64,000 nt of DNA from Thermoprotei archaeon (GTDB lineage: Archaea > Thermoproteota > Thermoprotei > Gearchaeales > WAQG01): NCBI GenBank assembly GCA_049976445.1, contig JBMFIF010000002.1, positions 5,115-69,114 on the forward strand, read 5' to 3'. Positions 21,938 through 31,410 of the stretch are shown here, in pieces. Within the stretch, counting starts at the first letter, position 1, and each line of letters starts with the position of its first letter. The notes beneath the pieces were generated by a model. It was given only the letters and a program-made list of their open reading frames with translations. It had not been told where the DNA came from and searched no databases. The position numbers were made by a program, and so were the translations under genes.

Positions 21938-22240
21938 ATGATAGATACATATCTGATAAACATGGTGTTTTGGATAACAGTATTCGCTGTAGCAGGAGCA
22001 ATCCTACAGATGAAAACAAAGGCATTCGGAATAACAATAGGCTTAGGTGGTGTAATGTACACACTCTTATCAGCAGTACAAGACGCAGTAAACGCAGGCC
22101 CAACAATACTCGACTACTTCCCATTCCCAGCAGCCGAAGCATTAATAATACCCTCATGGTTCATCTCAATATTACTATTCGTAGTCTCAATGGTAGTAAG
22201 CTTTACAGTAGAACGATCAGTACACCAACCAACATTCTAA
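21938..22240 (+). CDS. small membrane protein (3 predicted TM helices)
   Basis: 100-aa hydrophobic ORF. The overlapping ORFs 21861-22251 on both strands look like shadow frames. Confidence 0.3.
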   Translation: MIDTYLINMVFWITVFAVAGAILQMKTKAFGITIGLGGVMYTLLSAVQDAVNAGPTILDYFPFPAAEALIIPSWFISILLFVVSMVVSFTVERSVHQPTF

Positions 22241-22373
22241 CAGCGTACTAAAATTTTTTGTAAAAACTTTTTGTTTTCTAATATCAGGTATTTAAAATTA
22301 ATTTTACTAATATTGTATCACATTTTAATAACAATTTAAATATACTGCTACGTTAAATATTTATTTCACCATT

Positions 22374-22383
22374 TTTTTATATA
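22374..22383 (+). promoter_or_regulatory. TATA box (TTTTTATATA) for the oxidoreductase operon
   Basis: About 20-26 bp upstream of the porG ATG at 22400. Confidence 0.4.
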
Positions 22384-22399
22384 CCTTGAGGGTAATGTA

Positions 22400-22957
22400 A
22401 TGCTAGTTGAGTTTAAGTTTCATGGAAGAGGCGGTCAAGGTGCCGTGACCGCCGCAGATCTTCTCGTAAAAGCTGCTTATTTGGAAGGCAAATGGGGGCA
22501 ATCATACCCATTCTTTGGTGCTGAACGCAGAGGCGCACCCGTAACCGCATATGCAAGAATTTCAGATAAACCATTAAAAGTTCATTACCAAATTTATGAA
22601 CCTGACGTAGTAGTTGTCTTAGACCCTTCAATACCCAAACTAGTAAACGTAACAAGTGGACTCAAGCAAAACGGCATCATAATAATAAACACTGGAGGAA
22701 GAGAAATAGAATCATTAAAAATAGAACGTGGAACAGTATATACCGTGAACGCAACGGCTATAGCAATAAAACTAAACTTAGTCGTTGCCGGATGGCCAAT
22801 AGTAAATACAGGAATATTAGGCGCCGTAGCAAAAGCAACCAACATAATAAAAATTGAATCACTAGTGAAAGCAATTAAAGACACCTGGAAAGGAAACGCA
22901 GGAGAATCAAACGCTAAAGCAGCACTAATAGCATATGAGGAGGTAACAAAACTATGA
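22400..22957 (+). CDS. porG: 2-oxoacid:ferredoxin oxidoreductase gamma subunit
   Basis: FHGRGGQG N-terminal signature; 185 aa; first gene of a four-gene operon with 4-bp overlaps. Confidence 0.8.
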   Translation: MLVEFKFHGRGGQGAVTAADLLVKAAYLEGKWGQSYPFFGAERRGAPVTAYARISDKPLKVHYQIYEPDVVVVLDPSIPKLVNVTSGLKQNGIIIINTGGREIESLKIERGTVYTVNATAIAIKLNLVVAGWPIVNTGILGAVAKATNIIKIESLVKAIKDTWKGNAGESNAKAALIAYEEVTKL

Positions 22958-23217
22958 GCATTAAAATACCATTGACACCAATCTCACACCCCACTGTAGG
23001 TGCATCAGGTAAGACTGGCTCATGGAGAACAACAAAACCCATCATTAATTATGATAAATGTAAAGATTGTCTTATATGCTGGATGTACTGCCCCGAAAGC
23101 TCCATAATAAGAACTGAGAAAGATAAAGTATTGATAGAATATGAATACTGTAAAGGTTGTGGAATATGTGCTAATGTCTGTCCATTTAAAGCTATTGATA
23201 TGGTTGAGGAGGAGTGA
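22954..23217 (+). CDS. porD: 2-oxoacid:ferredoxin oxidoreductase delta subunit (2x[4Fe-4S] ferredoxin)
   Basis: CKDCLICWMYCP and CKGCGICANVCP motifs; 87 aa. Confidence 0.85.
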   Translation: MSIKIPLTPISHPTVGASGKTGSWRTTKPIINYDKCKDCLICWMYCPESSIIRTEKDKVLIEYEYCKGCGICANVCPFKAIDMVEEE

Positions 23218-23220
23218 AAG

Positions 23221-24408
23221 ATGGCACAAACATTAGTCATAAATGGTAATCATGCAGCAGCCTATGGTGCAAAAGTTTCAAAAGTTCAGTTCATATCAGC
23301 ATACCCTATAACACCACAAACTGTTATAGTAGAACGATTAGCGCAAATGGTAGAAAGTGGTGAATTAAACGCAAAATTTATCAGAGTTGAGTCAGAACAC
23401 AGCGCACTCGCAGCATGCATAGGTGCCGCCTCAGCAGGACTTAGAACATTCACAGCAACATCCTCACATGGATTAGCATACATGCATGAAATGATCATTT
23501 GGGCTGCTGGTGCACGATTACCAATAGTAATGCCAGTAGTAACACGAGCTTTCGCACCACCATGGAGTATCTGGGATGAACACACAGACATACTATTAGA
23601 AAGAGATACCGGATGGATAGTATTTATGGCTGAAAACAATCAAGAAGTCTTCGATACAATAATACAAGCTTACAAGATTGCAGAAAACGAAAACGTTCTC
23701 TTACCAGTTATGATAGGAATGGATGCATTCATACTCTCACACACAACAACACCAGTCGAGATACCAGACCAAGAACTTATAGATAACTTCCTCACGCAAG
23801 AGAGCAAAAGACCATTTATCCTAGACCCAAACAACCCGATAACACATGGAAGCCTTACATACCCAGAATGGTATATGGAATTCAGATACCTTCTTTATAA
23901 AGCAATGATAAATGCAAAATCAGTAATAAAAGATACTTCAAACCAATGGGCAAAACTTACCGGAAAATACCATGGAGATCTGATAGATTGTTACAAGTGC
24001 GCAGATGCCGATGTAAACATAATAACAATAGGAGCACCATCCGGTGATGCAAAAGAGGCTGCTGACATACTTAGATCAGAAGGATATAGAACAGGTGTGA
24101 TAAGATTACGCGTGATAAGACCATTTCCATCAGAAGAACTTAGGCAAGCAGCACATAATTCAAAAGTTCTCATAGTAGTAGATAGAAACTTATCACCAGG
24201 AATAGGCGGAATACTATTAAACGAAGTAAAAGCAGCACTACAAACGATGAAAAAACAACCCTTAGTACATGGGTTCATAGCAGGATTAGGAGGACGCGAT
24301 ATAACACTCCAAAACTTTATATCAATGTTCAAGAGAGGTTACGAAATACTAGAAAAAGGTGAAGAGCCAGGTACAGAATGGATCAACCTTAGAAAGGAGG
24401 TGCTCTAA
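23221..24408 (+). CDS. porA: 2-oxoacid:ferredoxin oxidoreductase alpha subunit
   Basis: 395 aa, pyruvate-flavodoxin/ferredoxin oxidoreductase domain I and II pattern, operon context. Confidence 0.8.
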   Translation: MAQTLVINGNHAAAYGAKVSKVQFISAYPITPQTVIVERLAQMVESGELNAKFIRVESEHSALAACIGAASAGLRTFTATSSHGLAYMHEMIIWAAGARLPIVMPVVTRAFAPPWSIWDEHTDILLERDTGWIVFMAENNQEVFDTIIQAYKIAENENVLLPVMIGMDAFILSHTTTPVEIPDQELIDNFLTQESKRPFILDPNNPITHGSLTYPEWYMEFRYLLYKAMINAKSVIKDTSNQWAKLTGKYHGDLIDCYKCADADVNIITIGAPSGDAKEAADILRSEGYRTGVIRLRVIRPFPSEELRQAAHNSKVLIVVDRNLSPGIGGILLNEVKAALQTMKKQPLVHGFIAGLGGRDITLQNFISMFKRGYEILEKGEEPGTEWINLRKEVL

Positions 24409-24498
24409 ATTACATCAATAAGAGAAATTCCTAGAGAAGAATACCTATTACCAGGCACAGCAGCATGCCCAGGATGTGGTTTTACAATAGGATTAAGA

Positions 24499-25308
24499 AT
24501 GGCACTAAAAGCATTAGGACCAAAAGTAATAATGGTTGTACCAGCAGGATGCACCTCAATAATACAAAGCCCATATCCATACGTTTCTATAGGAGTACCA
24601 CTATTAAACATCGCATTTGCTGCAGCAGCATCAACAGCATCAGGAATAGCAGCAGCACTAGAATACAAAGGGGATAAGGAAACCACAGTCCTAGTATGGG
24701 CAGGAGATGGAGGAACAGCAGACATAGGAATACAAGCGCTCAGCGGAGCAGCAGAAAGGGGCGATAATTTCATTTACATATGCTATGACAATGAAGCATA
24801 CATGAATACTGGAATACAAAGAAGCGGAGCAACACCATTCGGAGCATGGACAACAACCACATGGACTGGCAAAAAAGAATTCAAAAAAGACATCCCCATG
24901 ATTATGGCAGCACATAAAATACCTTACATTGCAACAGCATCAATAGCATACCCAATAGACTTCTACGATAAACTAAAGAAAGCCAAAACATACAAAGGAT
25001 TAAAATACTTACACATACACGCACCATGTCCACCAGGCTGGAAAATCCCAACAGACAAAACAGTAGAAATAGCAAAACTCGCAGTAGAAACAGGATTATG
25101 GGTACTCTACGAAATAGAAAACGGAGAGTTTAGACTCACAGGCCCTAGCAAAATACTCATAGACAAAAACAGAAGAAAATCAATAGAACAATACATCAAA
25201 ATACAAGGAAGATTCTCACACATGACAGACGAAGATATAAAAACACTCCAAGAATGGATAGATAAACAATGGGAACAATATACAGAAATGCTTAAACAAC
25301 GAAAATAA
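24499..25308 (+). CDS. porB: 2-oxoacid:ferredoxin oxidoreductase beta subunit (TPP-binding); true start probably upstream
   Basis: WAGDGGTADIG TPP motif. The conserved N-terminal LPGTAACPGCG motif lies in frame upstream of the first ATG (24409-24498) with no ATG/GTG/TTG available. Confidence 0.8.
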   Translation: MALKALGPKVIMVVPAGCTSIIQSPYPYVSIGVPLLNIAFAAAASTASGIAAALEYKGDKETTVLVWAGDGGTADIGIQALSGAAERGDNFIYICYDNEAYMNTGIQRSGATPFGAWTTTTWTGKKEFKKDIPMIMAAHKIPYIATASIAYPIDFYDKLKKAKTYKGLKYLHIHAPCPPGWKIPTDKTVEIAKLAVETGLWVLYEIENGEFRLTGPSKILIDKNRRKSIEQYIKIQGRFSHMTDEDIKTLQEWIDKQWEQYTEMLKQRK

Positions 25309-25571
25309 ACAAATAACTGACAAAACAATACAGAAACATCACAATGAGTTATCTAAATATATAGCCCATGCATTAACGAGCTGGCTTCATCTGCTGGTTC
25401 AGGGAGTGTCACGATTTCCTCGTCACATAGAGAATGCAACACTGAAAAACATGCTAAACGTTGGAACCTTGAACCGTAAGGTGTGCTTTCAACAAACGGA
25501 TTGGAGAACGACCAATGAAGCCTAACCGAAGAAAAAGCTGGAAGCTCTCAACTTAAGTCGAGGAGAGGACG

Positions 25572-25952
25572 TTACATACTAAGACTTAATAATGTTAATT
25601 CATCAATTGTTTGATTAAACAATGCCTCATAAAGACCAGCGACCCTCTCTAAAATAATAATACCTTTAGTTAACACGTTATACCTAAACTTTACTTGCAA
25701 CTCATCTATTGGAACAACATCAAAAGGAATTCTTAAAAACTCTTCTAATCTAGCAGAAAGTAATGCATAATATTTAAACTCCTTATTCATAGAATAAATG
25801 GCAATATCAACATCCCTAAAACTTTTTAACTCCACAAAACTACCAAATATGATTGCTAGAAGCACATCTTTTTCACTCTCAAAAAACTCTCTAATGGAAT
25901 TCATGACAGTTTTCTTATCAATCCTATAATACTTAAATCTTGAAAGCATCAC
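25572..25952 (-). CDS. minimal nucleotidyltransferase (MNT), antitoxin-type
   Basis: GSFVELKSFRDVDIAIY (GS...DxD) pol-beta-type NTase motif; 126 aa; overlaps the HEPN gene by 20 bp. Confidence 0.7.
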   Translation of the reverse strand: MMLSRFKYYRIDKKTVMNSIREFFESEKDVLLAIIFGSFVELKSFRDVDIAIYSMNKEFKYYALLSARLEEFLRIPFDVVPIDELQVKFRYNVLTKGIIILERVAGLYEALFNQTIDELTLLSLSM

Positions 25953-26355
25953 TAATCCTCCTAATAAAATTCATAACATTAACAAAATCACTTCTAATAT
26001 TCTCATATATCTTCTCGTCAATAATAATCCAATATCTATGAACAAGTAAATTTCGCAACTTAAACATGCTCACAAAATCCTTATACTCTTCATCAATCAA
26101 AAGACCCTTATCTCTTAAAATATTTAAGGCATGAATTGAAGATTCAGGTTCAACATTATAAAATCTCCTAACAATGTGAAGAGCTAAAGCACTCAAAGCT
26201 TCAGCAATCACAATGATATGATATCTAACTGCATACCTCTCAGTAAGACTTATTTCTTCAAACGACTTACTAACATAATCACTAATAATATTTATAGATT
26301 CCATAATATCTTTAATAAGTTTCTTAATAAAATCTCTATTAACATCCACTCTCAA
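25933..26355 (-). CDS. HEPN domain protein, toxin-type
   Basis: RNLLVHRY (R-x4-HR HEPN motif); 140 aa; upstream partner of the MNT gene. Confidence 0.65.
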   Translation of the reverse strand: MRVDVNRDFIKKLIKDIMESINIISDYVSKSFEEISLTERYAVRYHIIVIAEALSALALHIVRRFYNVEPESSIHALNILRDKGLLIDEEYKDFVSMFKLRNLLVHRYWIIIDEKIYENIRSDFVNVMNFIRRISDAFKI

Positions 26356-26526
26356 TTCACTCCAAGAAAACTAAGAAACCACAATTTAAAAAGATATTCA
26401 ACAAACTCTCATAAAAACCAAAATAAATAAAAATTAACGGGAATAAGCAAGACGCTCATACAAAAAAGAAGAAAACCAACAGAGCAATACATAAAGATAC
26501 AAGGCGTGTTCTCAAGCATGACTAAT

Positions 26527-26673
26527 GATAAAAGAAGGACAAACTTCACCCTTCAGGGTGGAGTAAATTTAAATACTCAGACACACTATACTCTACAGTA
26601 GCACCCATAAAGGGGTGTAACCCTCAAGACCTCGGGGAACCCTCGCACCTTCAGGGCGGGGAAGAGGTCAGAC
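26527..26673 (+). repeat. GC-rich repeat element, long form (two CTTCAGGGYGG cores 98 bp apart)
   Basis: GATAAAAGAAGGACAAACTTCACCCTTCAGGGTGG ... CCTTCAGGGCGGGGAAGAGGTCAG. Related to 35193-35241 in inverted orientation. Confidence 0.5.
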
Positions 26674-26983
26674 AAAAATTTAACTATCAATAAAATAATT
26701 AACAATTTTTGAAATATAATATTATTTTGTTATCCTGAATATCCTGCTGTGAGTATAAATAAGTATGTGCTGTTTGTATTAGTTATTATGACTAATGTAT
26801 GATTGCTATTGACCTGTTGTGGTCCTACATCGGCATAAAGTGTTATTAATGTTTTTGGTGTTACGGATTGGGAGTCTTGTCGAATATTATAATATCTGTA
26901 CGGTGGAAATATTATATCGTTTGTGGGTATGTTTGGTATATTTTGGGATGCGTTAGAAGTGTAAATTCTAGTTCTCATGATAA

Positions 26984-28093
26984 CTAAATGAGTTCGTTAA
27001 TTTTAGTAGTAAGTCTTTTATATTCATCTTCAATTTTAAGTGCTAGTTCATCTGGGTTTAATTTCATCTTTATTTGTGCTATTAATGCTGTTCCGCCTGC
27101 TCCTACTCCTTCCTTCACATAACCATTTTCGTACGCTTTAAGTCCATAAAATTTTGATTTCGAAAAATTTAGTGTTGTGGCAATTATTGGTATTTTTTCG
27201 ATTTGGCTTACTAAACCTATAATATCGGAACTCCTGTCTTCTATAATCCATTTAGTGGTTCCAATTGCTACCTTGTCTAAATTAATATTCTTATGTTTCA
27301 ATAGTGCTAGCACTGAAGACATTTGAGTTCCACCGGCTAATAATACATGAGAGTTTATTTTTACTATGCCCTCAGTTAATCCTGCCATAGCTATCATCAC
27401 AGGATCACCAACTTTGCTCGCAGCAAGTAAAGGATTTTCTTTAGCTTGCTTGATACTTAGGTTAGCATTTTTTAAGCTCTCCTCAGCTATCCTTATTTTT
27501 AGATCATGCGGGTTATTAGCATCTGCACTACTTATTTTGTATCTAGCGTCATAACCAAGGGCTAAGAGAAAAGTTAGAGTGGTTGTAGTGCCACCTGGTA
27601 TACTTTCACCGATGAGAACAGTATCAGCTAATAATCCCAACTCTTTACCAAAAAGTTTAGCATTTTCATATATTGTGATCGCATCATCATATTTCATGGC
27701 GTTTCCAGTCCTTATATCATTACCGACAACACCACCTACATCTATGAAAGGAACTTTAGGTTTTACATAACAACCAGCGTTTACTACAAAGAAGGGTATG
27801 TTGAGTAGTTGTAATACTGTCCTAGTTATTATTGCGGGTGTTGGAATACCATCAGGCGTTGTTGGTATTACGTTGAAACTGATAACCTTACCATAAAAAA
27901 GATACTCTATATCACCAGTCGGAGTATATAGTGTTGCTTCGGGGTTAGCCCCAGCTATACTAAGACCAGGAATTTTTGATGTTAATGTTGATCCTATTAC
28001 ATAGACAGCTAGCAGGTTAGATTTTTCTATACGTTTAGTGAATTGTTCTCCTTTTTCAGGCATGTACGCATACATAATACTCATACAAACCAC
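26984..28093 (-). CDS. cobT: CobT-like nicotinate-nucleotide--dimethylbenzimidazole phosphoribosyltransferase (archaeal type)
   Basis: IGESIPGGTTT glycine-rich loop and overall archaeal CobT-like layout; 369 aa; cobamide gene neighbourhood. Confidence 0.6.
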   Translation of the reverse strand: MVCMSIMYAYMPEKGEQFTKRIEKSNLLAVYVIGSTLTSKIPGLSIAGANPEATLYTPTGDIEYLFYGKVISFNVIPTTPDGIPTPAIITRTVLQLLNIPFFVVNAGCYVKPKVPFIDVGGVVGNDIRTGNAMKYDDAITIYENAKLFGKELGLLADTVLIGESIPGGTTTTLTFLLALGYDARYKISSADANNPHDLKIRIAEESLKNANLSIKQAKENPLLAASKVGDPVMIAMAGLTEGIVKINSHVLLAGGTQMSSVLALLKHKNINLDKVAIGTTKWIIEDRSSDIIGLVSQIEKIPIIATTLNFSKSKFYGLKAYENGYVKEGVGAGGTALIAQIKMKLNPDELALKIEDEYKRLTTKINELI

Positions 28094-29035
28094 CTAAACA
28101 GGATATGCTCCACATGTTCTACAATATTTTGAATCCGCTGGCACTCCAGCACCACAAAATGAGCATCTTTTTTCATTAGATTTGGGTTTAGGTATATTAC
28201 CGATAATCTCTTTGAACAATTTATAATAATATGCCTGTTCATAATCTCTTAGAATTATTTCTTTGCCCAATTTTTCGAACTCTTCTTTATTAATCATTTT
28301 ACTAATTATCTGTGTGAGGGTTGTGGAACCACTGCCAATTTCGATGGGATCTTTAGTTCTCCATACAATTTCGTCAGGTAGTAATCCTTCTATTGCTTTT
28401 CTGACAATCCATTTTCCATAAATACTGTTTCTTTCTTCATGAACCTTAAATTCAGGAGGAATGCTCAATGCAAAATCCACGAATTCACGATCAATATAAG
28501 GTTGTTCAATCTTTAACCCTAGGCTTTCACCTAGAGGAACAGCTGAAAAGAACCAACGTTCTGATAATTCTTTAATATATTTTTCAAGTTCTTGTGGTTT
28601 CATTTTATACATGTATGAGTAGCCGGCAAACAATTCATCACCACCATCACCTGTTACTATTGATTTGAGACCTAGCTGTTTCGCATAGGATAGTGCTATA
28701 TAAATTGTAATACTATTACGTATTTCCATCGGATCAAAAGTCCTAAGCACGTGAATGACATTTCTAACAGCCTCAAGGGCTTCATCCAATTTGAATATTT
28801 TTATCTTATGATCAAACCCTAAAAATTCTGTTACACGCTTAGAATAATAAAGATCAGGCCCAGGATTTTGTTCAAAAATTGCAGTAATAGCAACCGGTTT
28901 TAGGTTTTTCATTAAAAAGGCTAAAACACTGGTGTCAAGACCCCCAGAAAGAAGTATTGCTTCTCCTTGATGTCTTTTGACTGAAGCTTCCAGCTTATTA
29001 AGAAGTTCTTTTGTTAAAATATTCACTGTAATCAT
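28094..29035 (-). CDS. asparagine-synthase-related PP-loop ATP pyrophosphatase with C-terminal zinc ribbon
   Basis: LSGGLDTS PP-loop (SGGxDS); C-terminal CSFCG...CRTCG; 313 aa; immediately upstream of cobT with a 1-bp gap. Confidence 0.55.
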   Translation of the reverse strand: MITVNILTKELLNKLEASVKRHQGEAILLSGGLDTSVLAFLMKNLKPVAITAIFEQNPGPDLYYSKRVTEFLGFDHKIKIFKLDEALEAVRNVIHVLRTFDPMEIRNSITIYIALSYAKQLGLKSIVTGDGGDELFAGYSYMYKMKPQELEKYIKELSERWFFSAVPLGESLGLKIEQPYIDREFVDFALSIPPEFKVHEERNSIYGKWIVRKAIEGLLPDEIVWRTKDPIEIGSGSTTLTQIISKMINKEEFEKLGKEIILRDYEQAYYYKLFKEIIGNIPKPKSNEKRCSFCGAGVPADSKYCRTCGAYPV

Positions 29036-29037
29036 AT

Positions 29038-29054
29038 GGTTGGATTATCCAATC
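29038..29054. promoter_or_regulatory. operator-like repeat copy 1 (GGTTGGATTATCCAATC)
   Basis: Starts 3 bp from the ATG of the minus-strand PP-loop gene; near-palindromic TGGATTATCCA core. Confidence 0.4.
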
Positions 29055-29124
29055 AAGTATTTAAACTTTTTGTATCCTCATGAAGATTAAACAATATGTC
29101 AGAAACGTTAGCTTTAAATTCTTT

Positions 29125-29139
29125 GGTTGGATTATCCAG
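29125..29139. promoter_or_regulatory. operator-like repeat copy 2 (GGTTGGATTATCCAG)
   Basis: Overlaps the annotated TTG start of the btuF-like gene; 87 bp from copy 1 with TATA-like boxes between. Confidence 0.4.
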
Positions 29140-30383
29140 ACTTGGTGAATAACTTGAGTGATAGGAATACTCGTTACTTATTAAGTCTAATAATTATAAT
29201 AGTGATAGTACTGGGAGTTACTATACCTCTTTATATGGAAATTAATTCTTTAAGAGATGAAATTTCTAGATTACGTAATGATATATCAGCACTTAGTTTA
29301 AGTTCTAAGCAACTTACCTCACAGTTTAATAGTAGTCTCACACAATTAAATGCAGCTTATAAGAGCCTTGAAGATAGGTATAATAAATTATTTCAACAGT
29401 ATTCATCATTGTCTGAAAGTATTAAGTATCCTTTTACAATTACTGATGCTCTTGGAAGAACTGTAACGATAGTTTCAAGGCCAGTTCGAGTTATAAGTAC
29501 GGCACCTAGTGTGACAGAAATGCTTTTTGCTATAAATGCAGAAAAACTTATTGTAGGTGTTGATAAGTATTCAGATTATCCGCCTACAGTAAAAGATTTA
29601 GTTAAAAATAGTACAATTAAGCTGGTTGGTGGTTTTTCGACTGTTGATGTGGAGGCTATTGTAGCACTAAAGCCTGATATTGTATTTATGACACCGGGCG
29701 TGCAAACACCTTTCGTATATAGGTTAGCAGAACTTGGACTAACCGTCGTCGCTTTAAAGGAAGATAGTATATCGGATGTGTTTGATTCGATAATGCTCGT
29801 AGGGAGAATTCTTGATAAGATTGATGGGGCATTAAACGTTGTCGCATCTATGAAGTCTAAAATCACTTATGCGTTCTCAAAGGTTGAGAATTATATTAAA
29901 TCTGTTAATATTACAAGGGTTAAAGTGTATTGGGAAGTATGGCCTGAACCAATATATACCGTTGGTTCACAAAATTTTATAAATGATATAATTACACTAG
30001 CAGGAGGGGTTAATATTTTTGGTGATATAAAATCAGGCTATCCAGTCGTAAGTTCTGAGGAAGTTATAAACAAAACTCCTGATGTTATAATAACAACTGA
30101 TCATGGTGGGGTTTATGGATCGCCACAGGATGTATTAAATATGATCAGGAATAGAACTGGATGGAATGTAATACCAGCTATAAAAAGTAATAGAGTTTAT
30201 GTGTTAACGGGCCAGTTTGGGTCTATGTTTATAAGGCCTGGTCCAAGAGTTGCAGATGCAATTCTTCAACTTGCCGTAATATTATATCCTGAGGCATTTG
30301 GTATGAGTAAAATCATGATACCGAACATAATAAGCACATCGTTTAACGTTACAACATATATTAGTTTGTTAATTGTTTCATAA
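29127..30383 (+). CDS. btuF: ABC transporter substrate-binding protein, BtuF/FhuD-like (cobalamin/siderophore class)
   Basis: Signal-anchor TM, then class III SBP pattern (RVISTAPSVTEMLFAI...GVDKYSDYP); start ambiguous (TTG 29127 or GTG 29145). Confidence 0.65.
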   Translation: MDYPDLVNNLSDRNTRYLLSLIIIIVIVLGVTIPLYMEINSLRDEISRLRNDISALSLSSKQLTSQFNSSLTQLNAAYKSLEDRYNKLFQQYSSLSESIKYPFTITDALGRTVTIVSRPVRVISTAPSVTEMLFAINAEKLIVGVDKYSDYPPTVKDLVKNSTIKLVGGFSTVDVEAIVALKPDIVFMTPGVQTPFVYRLAELGLTVVALKEDSISDVFDSIMLVGRILDKIDGALNVVASMKSKITYAFSKVENYIKSVNITRVKVYWEVWPEPIYTVGSQNFINDIITLAGGVNIFGDIKSGYPVVSSEEVINKTPDVIITTDHGGVYGSPQDVLNMIRNRTGWNVIPAIKSNRVYVLTGQFGSMFIRPGPRVADAILQLAVILYPEAFGMSKIMIPNIISTSFNVTTYISLLIVS

Positions 30384-31410
30384 TACAATGAGCAGTAATT
30401 ATATACAAAGGAGATATTCCCGCCTTATTTTTTCTGTTATTGTTCTAATCATGTTAGTAGGAGTTTTAAGTATATTATCCATTAGTGTTGGTTCTGCGTT
30501 TATAAATCTGCCGGAATCTTTAAAAGCTTTGGTTGATTCTGATAACGTTGATGTATATACAAGAATTATAATATGGGAGATTAGAGTTCCTAGGACATTA
30601 AGCGCTATTTTTATAGGAATGTTGATGGCTTTAGCTGGGCTTTTTATGCAGACTGTTACTCTGAATCCTCTTGCTGATCCTTATTTAACAGGTATGGCTT
30701 CTGGTGCACTGTTAGGTGTTAGTATAACTATTGTGCTTTCACCTTTAATCGTTAGTCCTTATGTTATAGTTATCTCAGCGTTCTTTGGAGCCTTGTGCGC
30801 CATGATATTAACACTTCTAATTGCAAGTAAATTTCGCTTAGATCCAATAGGACTCATACTGGGAGGTGTTGCAGTCTCTATGATTTTTTACTCATTTTCT
30901 GCGATACTTCAGTTTATTGGAGGTGAAAAGATGGTTATGATAATTATATGGAGTCTTGGAAGCTTGAGTACTGCATCATGGTCAAGAACATGGTTTACTG
31001 GCATTACTGCAATAATTCTTATACCCCTTTCTATAATTATGTACAAATCGTTGAATGCTTTATTACTTGGTGATGAGAATGCACAAAGTATTGGTGTAAG
31101 TCCGAAGTTAACACGATCATTTTCCTTGCTAATATCCTCAATTGCCACGGCAATCTCAGTGTCAATGTTTGGTGTGATAGGCTTTGTTGGATTAGTAGCA
31201 CCTCATTTAGCACGTCTCGCATTAAGGAGCGGTGATCATTTAATAGTCATACCAGTCACATGTCTTGTTGGATCCGCTATCATGCTTTTAAGTGATGTGA
31301 TAGCTAGAATAATAGGTTCTCCTGGAGAATTTCCGTTAACTCCTATAATGAGTTTAATTGGTGCTCCGCTACTTATTTATTTAATGAGTAGGAGGTTTAA
31401 AAATGGTTAA
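30373..31410 (+). CDS. btuC: ABC permease BtuC/FecCD family
   Basis: 345 aa, about 9-10 TM helices, FecCD-type conserved glycine-rich segments. Confidence 0.8.
   Translation: MFHNTMSSNYIQRRYSRLIFSVIVLIMLVGVLSILSISVGSAFINLPESLKALVDSDNVDVYTRIIIWEIRVPRTLSAIFIGMLMALAGLFMQTVTLNPLADPYLTGMASGALLGVSITIVLSPLIVSPYVIVISAFFGALCAMILTLLIASKFRLDPIGLILGGVAVSMIFYSFSAILQFIGGEKMVMIIIWSLGSLSTASWSRTWFTGITAIILIPLSIIMYKSLNALLLGDENAQSIGVSPKLTRSFSLLISSIATAISVSMFGVIGFVGLVAPHLARLALRSGDHLIVIPVTCLVGSAIMLLSDVIARIIGSPGEFPLTPIMSLIGAPLLIYLMSRRFKNG

Noticed and set aside
26521-26605. Possible conserved micro-ORF (MTNDKRRTNFTLQGG...) within the GC-rich repeat element
   Set aside because: The 35.2-kb copy has no start codon in that frame, and the shared residues simply reflect near-identical DNA. 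There is no evidence for coding.
26730-26978. 82-aa ORF downstream of cobT
   Set aside because: No motif, odd composition, and it lies in a non-coding spacer next to the GC-rich repeat element. Probably not a gene.
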